A stretch of DNA of 64,000 bases, taken from NCBI GenBank assembly GCA_951406725.2, contig OX597816.1:135780001-135844000 (forward strand). The letters run 5' to 3'. The position numbers and the translations under genes were made by a program. The notes under the pieces were generated by a model, which saw only the letters and a program-made list of their open reading frames with translations, had not been told where the DNA came from and made no database searches. Origin of the DNA: Octopus vulgaris (lineage: Eukaryota). This document shows positions 38,046-47,600 of the stretch, one piece after another; the stretch's first letter is position 1; every line of letters starts with the position of its first letter.

Positions 38046-41000
38046 AAATGTGTATGTATTTGTGTCTGTCCCCCACCACTTGACAACTGGGGTTGGTGTG
38101 TTTACACTCCCATAATTTAGCAGTTCAGCAAAAGAAATTGATAGAATAAATATTAGGCTTTAAGAAATATGTACTGGGTTTGATACATTCAGCTAAAACT
38201 TCTTGAAGGTGGTGCCCCAGCATGGGCTAGTCTTAATGACTGAAACAAGTAAAACATAAAAGATAAGAATTCTTAGATAATGCTGATACACTACATTTAT
38301 AAAGAGAATATAACAAGAAAATCATAATTTTCCTATCAGCATTTGAAATATAAGTAAAATGATTCTCGACAGGAATCAGAATTTGGTCACAGACTGAATT
38401 GGTCCACAAGTTACTGCCATATCACTGTAACTATTGTAGTTCTATTAAAGATGTTTTTGTGTTTAATTTCAGATTTAAAGTATTATGGTATACACTGTGC
38501 CAGTTTCATAATAATGTTGAAATAGAGGTGAGTTTATATTTGAGATGTACTGTATTAACATTTAACATTTTTATTGGATTTTTGTATTTGAGGATGGTCA
38601 TGTTGCCAGTTTAGCCAATAAAACGCGCAATATATTTGGTGTTAGTTTGCTTCAGCTATAGTTATTTTTAAGTTAATCGTATTTCAATCAGAGTTCTTTC
38701 ATCATACTTCTGTGACCTCATCAGTGGTCCTTTCTTCTTTCTTATTTGTGTGTCTTTATATTAAATGGCTGATCGTTAGTAAGGAAGAACACACAAATAA
38801 GAAAGAAGAAAGCAGAGGACCACTGATGAGATCACAGAAGTGTGACAAAAGAACTCTGGCCAAAATGCAATTGACGTAAAAGTAAATAAAGCTGAAGTAA
38901 ATTAACACCAAACATAGTGCATGTGTTTTATTGGCTAAACTGGCAACATGACCATCCCCAAATACAACAATATCTGTTTCAACACACGGTTTCACATCAA
39001 AAATCTTGCAAAATGAATATATAAATGTAATTTTTATTGTAGTTTTTTAACTTATTGCTGATATTTTTCTGTTTCTGTATACACACACATATACATATGT
39101 ATATTTCAATATTCTTTATGTTTACAATAAAACACTTAATATACATTATAATACTTGTAAGACTACTTTTATAACTAAATTCATCAGCTGAGCTAGATTG
39201 TCTCCTACAAAAGAAAAAAAAAAGAAGGAAAAAAAAACACACAAAATCTAAACATGCAAAACATACAAAATCAAAGCAGTGAGTAGGTTAATATCTAGGA
39301 TTACTAAAATAAACTGTACAGAGAATGTCTAATTTGATATAGTCCATTTCACACAGTGGAGAACTTTGTGATGAAATTTATAACATTGTCCCGGCAGAGG
39401 CTGAAGCTTGCTTACATAGTGTACTAAGCCTTTGGGGCACTCCTTAATGTTTACTTGGCTGAATCCATGTCATAAGCATATTTAGTCTAGACTGACTGCA
39501 TCTATTAGATAACATTTTGCTGTAATTTTTCCCCTCCAAGTTTCATTATAGTTCCCTGTCTGAATAAAGGGATTGACTGCTAAACTTTGTGATATCTGAT
39601 AGTAAGAGAACTATTAACATATGTGGAAATTATGTTATCAAATTTCATTGTTTCTAGCCTTTTAGTCTCTGTTTTATCATGATGACAGAGCTAAGATGTT
39701 TCAGAACAAAATTACTCTGGTGTAAAATGCTTTAACTATACTCTGTAGGATTGTAGCTCACTTTCTTACTGATTCTCATCTTACGTAATCTTGTTTAAAC
39801 ATTATATTAATCATCATCATCATTATTGTTTAATGTCTGCACTCCATGCTGGCATGGGTTAGACAGTTTGATAGGAGCTGGCCAGGCAGGAGCCTGCACC
39901 AGATTTCTGTATCTGTTTTTGCAAAGTTTTTACAGCTGGATGCCCTTCCTACACCAACCACCCAGCAGAGTAGACTTTGTATGTGCACAAGCACAAGTGA
40001 GATCAGTTTGGCATGGTTTTTACAGCTAGATGCCCTTCCAAATGCCAACTACTTTACAATGTGAACTGAATACTTCTTAAGTGACACCAGCATTGGTAGG
40101 GTCACCAAGTAACTTGCAAGATCCTTTGAGAGGGGAGGGAGCATTGGAGGAGGAGGTCTTGTGTCAGATGATGAAAGGTTATAGTGAGACAGAGAGATAG
40201 AAACAAGTGTCTTACTCTAGGGGAGGTACGTGGTTACCCGGCCAGAGAAAGAGAGAAAAATGAGGACAGAAACAGGTGTGCTACTGTAAAAGAGATACAT
40301 GGTTACCCAACCTGAGGGAAGAGTAGGAGAAGGGGAGAAAAAGTGGGAGACAGCCGGAGAGAGATAGTGGCAAAATGCCAGGGCATACTTACAAGAAACA
40401 GGAATCAGAATATAAATAGAAGAAAAAAAAGTTTAACTATTTACTTAAAAGCTCTTTTATTGTATGTTCCAGTTTCTACCTGTACATATACCAAATGAAC
40501 AAGAATTAAGAGATCCAAAGTTATTTTCTGAAAACGTTCGCCTACGAATGGCCAAGTGAGTTATAAATGTTTTTAAAAATCTAATAGGATATTTTGTGTT
40601 AGCAAAAAATAAAACATCTAAAATACCAATATCTTTTCAGTTGAAATGTGATACTAAAAGTAACCCTACCAAATTTAACACTTGTAATAAATAAAATTAA
40701 GTCAAAATCTTAAATCTTGAAAGATAAAAAGAGACATCTTTCACATACTAAAAGGGGTCAAAGTATGATAATCTTAAAGTTATGTTTGAAATTTTCAATG
40801 ACTTATTTGAGTTTGTAAAACAAACTCAATTAATTCACTTAACTCCAGTTGGATTAAAAGTGATCCTGTTAATTATGTTCAGAAATTGACACTCTGTCAA
40901 AAATCTTCAAACTTGACATAAAATAGGTACAGTCAGTTGTAAATAAAGTGTTTTAAAGATACTGATGAGTTTCATCTATTCAAAAGAATTGTTAGACTAA

Positions 41001-41495
41001 TGTATAAAATTGCTGCTGTACTTGCATTTCATCAATTACAATAAACTGAATTAATTAAAACACAAAATAGATAAATAGGGACAAGATCCAATTTCCTCAA
41101 TATGAACAATATCAGTCAATGGGAAATAAGTAATATAAATTCTAAGTAACAAGTTACTTTCATTGATAACTAATTTTTGTGAATTGTAATCATAGGTATT
41201 GAAAAATCTATGTTGGGTAGTTGGGTGTAAGTAATAGTCAGTACTGGAGTATAACTAAAAATGATCTAAGGTAGGATAATTAAATACAATTTTAGAAAGT
41301 TTGGCCTAAAGTAATATTAAAGAAATAATGGAGATGATGATTGTAATTGAGTTATTCTAAAAATTTAGAAATCTTGCATCTAATAACTTAGTAATAAAAT
41401 ATTTATCGGTTTCTGAATTACAATTTGAGGAAATAAATTAAATAACATTGAAGCAGCAAAGTATCTCTCTATAAGGATTATATTAATAAGATATA

Positions 41496-41543
<48 letters not shown>

Positions 41544-41832
41544 ATTTCGGAATGGTCATTTTGCCAGTTTAGCCAATAAAAACACACGCACCATATATTT
41601 GGTGTTACTTTGCTTCAGTGTTATTTATTTTTTACATTAAACTTAATCTTATTTCGGCTGAAATAAGATTCAGTTTAATGTAAATAACACTGAAGCAAAG
41701 TAACACCAAATATATAGTGCATTGGTTTTTATTGGCTGAACTGGCAAAATGACCATTCCGAAATACAACAATATCTGTTTCAACACACGATTTCACATAA
41801 AAAATCTTGCACAACAAATATATATCTATCTA

Positions 41833-41877
<45 letters not shown>

Positions 41878-41979
41878 CTGGCCTGATGCAGCCTTCGGGC
41901 TCCCCAGACCCCAGTTGAACCGTCCAACCCATGCTAGCATGGAAAGCGGATGTTAAACGATGATGATGATGATGATGAT

Positions 41980-42029
<50 letters not shown>

Positions 42030-42171
42030 TGTATGTATGTATGTATGTATGTATGTATGTATGTATGTATGTATGTATGTATGTATGTATGTATGTATGT
42101 ATGTATGTATGTATGTATGTATGTATGTATGTATGTATGTATGTATGTATGTATGTATGTATGTATGTATG

Positions 42172-42202
<31 letters not shown>

Positions 42203-44611
42203 TGTATGTATGTATAGTATGTATGTATGTATGTATGTATGTATGTATGTATGTATGTATGTATGTATGTATGTATGTATGTATGTATGTATGTATGTAT
42301 GTATGTATGTATGTATGTATGTATGTATGTATAATTGTAGAAGAGGTGGAACTGGCTGAGTTGTTAGCACATTGGACTACTTTATAGCATTTCTTTTAAC
42401 CCTTTACCCCTGAGTTCAAGTCCAGCCAATGTCAACATTGTCTTTTATCTTTTTGGAGTCAAAATAAAGTATCTGTGAAGTAGTAGGATAGATACCATGG
42501 AAAGCAGGTAACCGGCTTTATGAGTCAATATCTTTGGAAACTTAGTATTCATACATATAATTGCAAGTGTAATAAAAGTTGATATTAAGAAGAAAAAATT
42601 AATTACCTGTGTTAAATACATGCAAATAAGAATTTTGCAAGTAGTAACTCAATGCAGTGTGTTTGATATAATATAGTAAAAAAATGAATCATTAATTAGC
42701 CTTCACTGCACTTTATGAAATGTTGGAGATATAGCAAAATTTTTGAACAACAACAAAATCAGTATTCTTTCTCAAATTACCAAAGCATAGCTTAATAATG
42801 ATATAGAAATTGGTTGTTATTGAAAATAATTTTTAGAATTACACATTTAAAAATAAAAATAGTTAGTCTAGAAGTAAATTGTAGATGATTTGGGTGAATT
42901 GTAATATTCAAAATACACATGGTAGAAGTTACTAACGGTTTAGTTTAATAAACTTTTGAAAATGAATATTTTTAATTATGATAAAGTTTTGTCTCCATTT
43001 AGCAGGTAACTTGTAGCTTGAGTATAATTAGACCAATTGAATTAAAAAAAAACAAAACATTTATGCTGTTGCCTCCAGTTATTTACTAGTATAGAAAAAA
43101 AAATTTTCTTCATGGGTCCATTCCAGTAAATTCTTTAGTATTTTACTGTGAGAACCTGTTATATTTAATGTCTGTCTTTTTTTTTCTACAGATGTTTGAA
43201 TTGTACTATAACAGACCACACCTATGATGACTGTCGGCTGATATTATGGGCTGCAAAAGTGAAAATTCCTATTGTTAAAAGAATTGTTGAAATTTTTAAG
43301 CTTCATAAAAAGCTTGGGTAAGCATCAGATGATTATGCCATATTTACATCCTTAACCAAAGTCTTACTGAACTTATTAAGTCTTACGCTGGTGCATTTAA
43401 CACAGATACATATAAACAAGCGTGGAATGGCTGGAGCTAGGTCTTTTAGGCTTCAAGAAATCCTTATTCCTTTAATAAGTATCTTTTGAAGTAAAGAATA
43501 AGACTTAAGTAAATTTTAAGAAATGTGAGAATGGCAGGTGTGACCTACCATTTTCGGTTTGTCTTTGGTTTAATGAAGAGAATTTGTTGTTATAAATGAT
43601 GCATTTGAATTGATGAAAATTTGCCTGACCATTGTTGAGATTAAATGACTGTAGAAATGATATTAGAGAAATCTTACTACTAGTGAGTTAGACAATCAAA
43701 ATAGAGAGTGAAAAATCTATTCTGAAAGGGTCATATATTTGTCAGATGCTATTTCTGTTTTCACTTGCTTGTTATATACATTTTTTAGTTTTTCATATTT
43801 CAATTTCAAGCTATTAAACAATTCTGTTATTTCTGACTAATGGGATTTTTATTATTTTAAGTTTTAACACAGAAGCCATGAATGAAGTTCTACTCAGAAT
43901 TCGTCAACAAGTTTCTTCTGAACCTCAAGAAAAGATAACTTATAGAGAATTTTCTGAATACTTAAATATATCACAAAATGACAGCTTGCAGCGGTTGTTT
44001 AAAATTTATGATTTTGTATGTATCTTTTTGAAAATTAATTCACTTTCTATAAATGTACTTTGAAAATTAATTCACATTCTATAAATGTACTTTAGTGCAA
44101 AATCCCATTTAAATAAAAAAAATGTTTGTGTTCTTGTGGAATTGTTATAGTTCTTACTATCTTCATTTTTATTAGTTTTAATTAACCTGTCTAAAGAATT
44201 CTTCCTAGCTAAAGTTATAGGCAATTGAAATATAACTTCAATTCTGAGAATAATTATTAATGCCTTGCTTTATATTGATTTGACCTTGCTCTTAATTATT
44301 TAACTAATATCATGATTTATATTCAGGAACAGACTGGCCACATTGATATAAGAGATTATGTAGTAGATCTGTGTTTGGTTTCTGGTCCTGCTACTATTGA
44401 AGAGGTATTGAAAATGGCCTTTCAAGTAAGAGATTTTTTTTTTATCTATTGTATTTAAATTTAAGATTTGCACACACATGGTTCTGAGTTCAGTCCCACT
44501 GCATGGCACCTTGGGCAAGTGTCTTCTACTATAGCCTCAGCCTAACCAAAGACTTGTGAGTGGCTTTAGTAGACCAAGATTGAAAGAAGCCTGTCGTGTG
44601 TATATATGATG

Positions 44612-44647
<36 letters not shown>

Positions 44648-47600
44648 TTGTGTGTCAGTGTTTGTCTCCCCAACATCGCTTGACAACCAATGCCGGTGTG
44701 TTTACATCCCCGTAACTTAGCAGTTCGGTTACAGACACCGATAGAATAAGTACTAGGCTTACAAAAGAATAAGTCCTGGGGTCAATTTGGTGGTGCTCCA
44801 GCATGGCTGCAGTCAAATGAGTGAAACATATTAAAGAATAAAAGAATCTAAATTAATATAATTACTAATAAGTTCAATTATTGTTAAAAGTTTTATGCTG
44901 TTGAAGAAAAGTACTTGTGATGTTTTCTTAAATGTATGTAGTTTTGTTAGGCTATTTCATAGATTATGCATTTTAAAAAGTTATTTTCTGTTGTTGGGTT
45001 GTAGCTTATATGAAAGATTAATCTTCTAAATTGTTTGTCATCTACTTCTTTTTGTTATTTCCATTTCCCTTTTGTATGCATCAGAACTTATGGTTCTTGC
45101 CACTAAATCTTGCTTCTCTTGGTTTAGTAACATGATCACACATCACCATTGCTTTCATCATTTTATGTCTCTTTCCCTGCTGGCATGGGTTGGATGGATT
45201 GCCACAGATCTGATCACTTCTTATCTGGAGTTACTCCCTTCTAGACGGGTTGCGAATGACATCTCACTCATACATTTTATTTTTAGATGTGGTTAGCAAT
45301 ATAGAAGGATAATGTTAACTGATAAGAGAGAGAGCATGAACAGTTGACATGGCAATAGTCAGAGAGTGATGGTTGTCATTAAAAATAGGGGTGATGATGG
45401 CTAGCAGTACGGGATGGAGTGTATCTGATGCCAACAGTTTTGATGTAGTTCTTCATTTCCACGGTATTATGATGGGAGGTAAGGAAAAGTATAAAACTAC
45501 AAAGGGTAGTAGTGGAACTGAGTATGGACAGAACTTATATTTTCTTTCAATACATGAGTCACATGGTACAGAGTAGAAACAATGGATGAGAGAATGTCAA
45601 ATATGATGGGTAGCAGATAGAGACTTAGCAAGAATAAAATGGATGAAAGGCCCAGATGCAGACATATATAATATATCCCAGCTTTCATCATTACATACAT
45701 TTCTCCATGCTTTCACATGTGGCATGGTGCCAGTTGCTATAATCCTTTGTGATCTTTGTGAAATACACCTTCAGATCAATTTTTCACCACTTTGCCTTTC
45801 TCACCTTAGCACTTCTTTATTCTGCTATCATTCTTCATTTGCATCACAGACCTATACAAGTATAGTTTTCTCTCTTACACACTATATTTGATTCTTCTGA
45901 TATCCAGTTTTTTTCTCGGATCATTTGTACTTTGTACCATATGCACATTAACATAACACATCCCATAGAAGTATGCTCACTTCATTTCTTTTTAGTCTTT
46001 ACAAATCCTCTGCATTCAAGACCCTTATCTCATTACAATATAGCATCATCCTTCATACACAAGCATCATACAATCTGCCCTTTACTCTGAAGGATAAACC
46101 TTTTATTGCCAGCTGAGATAATATATCCCTGATGGTTTTCAAACTGTTCTTACTCTAGCAGTTATTCTTTTAGAGCAGGGATTCTCAACCATTTTTTACC
46201 TACGGACCCCTTTGATTACTATCTTATTTTGGTAGACCGCCATAGCCATTCAATGTTTAAAAACTAGTTTTATAGAAACTTCTTTCAAAATTCCTATTTT
46301 ATTTATCTCACATTAACTTGTGTAGTTTGAACTATGCAAGATGTTAGAGAAAGAAACCAAGCTAGTTCTTCCAATACATACTAATACATACATCTAAACT
46401 TTTTAGAGCATCCCCTCCCTCCACTAATATGGTCACCTAAGTAACCAAAGCTGTCAACTATACTTCTCATGCTGTTTTTTGTTTATATTGAGTGATAAAA
46501 AACACCATCCGAGCGTGGCCGTCTGCCAGCCTCGTCTGGCACCTGTGTCGGTGGCACATAAAATCACCCACTACACTCTCGGAGTGGTTGGCGTTAGGAA
46601 GGGCATCCAGCTGTAGAAACACTGCCAAATCTGACTGGCCTGGTGCAGCCTTCGGGCTTGCCAGACCCCAGTTGAATCGTCCAACCCATGCTAGCATGGA
46701 AAGCGGACATTAAACGATGATGATGATGATTACAGATAAGTTCACTACCATCAATTCATTGCAAGAGAGTTCACCACCATCAATTCAGCATGAAGGAAGT
46801 TCACCAAGAAAATATATCTTTAGTATCTCACCATTAATAGTTAAAAACTATTTTATTGCAAAAAAAAAAAAAGAAAATGGTGAATTGAAGACAATGAACT
46901 TTCCTTGCAGTGAATTGATGATGATGATCTTTCCCTGTGATGAATTGATGATGATGAACTTTACAGACATGACATTGAGCATACCGTATGGAATTTTTGT
47001 GAACTTCTTTTCTGTATATTCAGTGCAGCTATTTTCTAAATCTGGTTGAAGAATGTGTGTATATGTGTTTGTGTGCATGCCCTTTAGTTTTGTGAAGACA
47101 TGATAACCTCTTTAGTGCTAGAGCCATAATAAAATGCATTCATTATACTCTACCAAGTGGTTGTTGTTAGAAAGTGTATTCAGCTATAGAAACTATTCCA
47201 TAAATGAAGCACACTTACATAAGATGTGATCCTCTGACCTGTCTAGGAGATTACTAACTCCAATGAAGAATTGTCCAATCCATGTGCAAATGCTACTCTT
47301 CTTGGTCCAGTTAGATACAAATATTCACGATTGCATCTAAAAACCATTAAAACTGCATATAGAGATATTTACTACAATGGTAATTAGGATAGTGATGATA
47401 ATAATGTTTATTGTTTATTTTCCAGGCATTTGAATATGGACATGAAGGATTTATCAGAAGTCAAGGTTTTAAATCTGTTATGGTACACATATTTGAAATG
47501 TCTGATAGTGAATGTCAACAGATTTTTCAAGACATAGATTCTGATGATGATCAGAAAATTACTTTTGGTAAATTTTAAATTTTAGTTATTTGTATTTTCT

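Noticed and set aside
41834-42387. MYVC/HTYI repeat ORFs
   Set aside because: (ATGT)n microsatellite.
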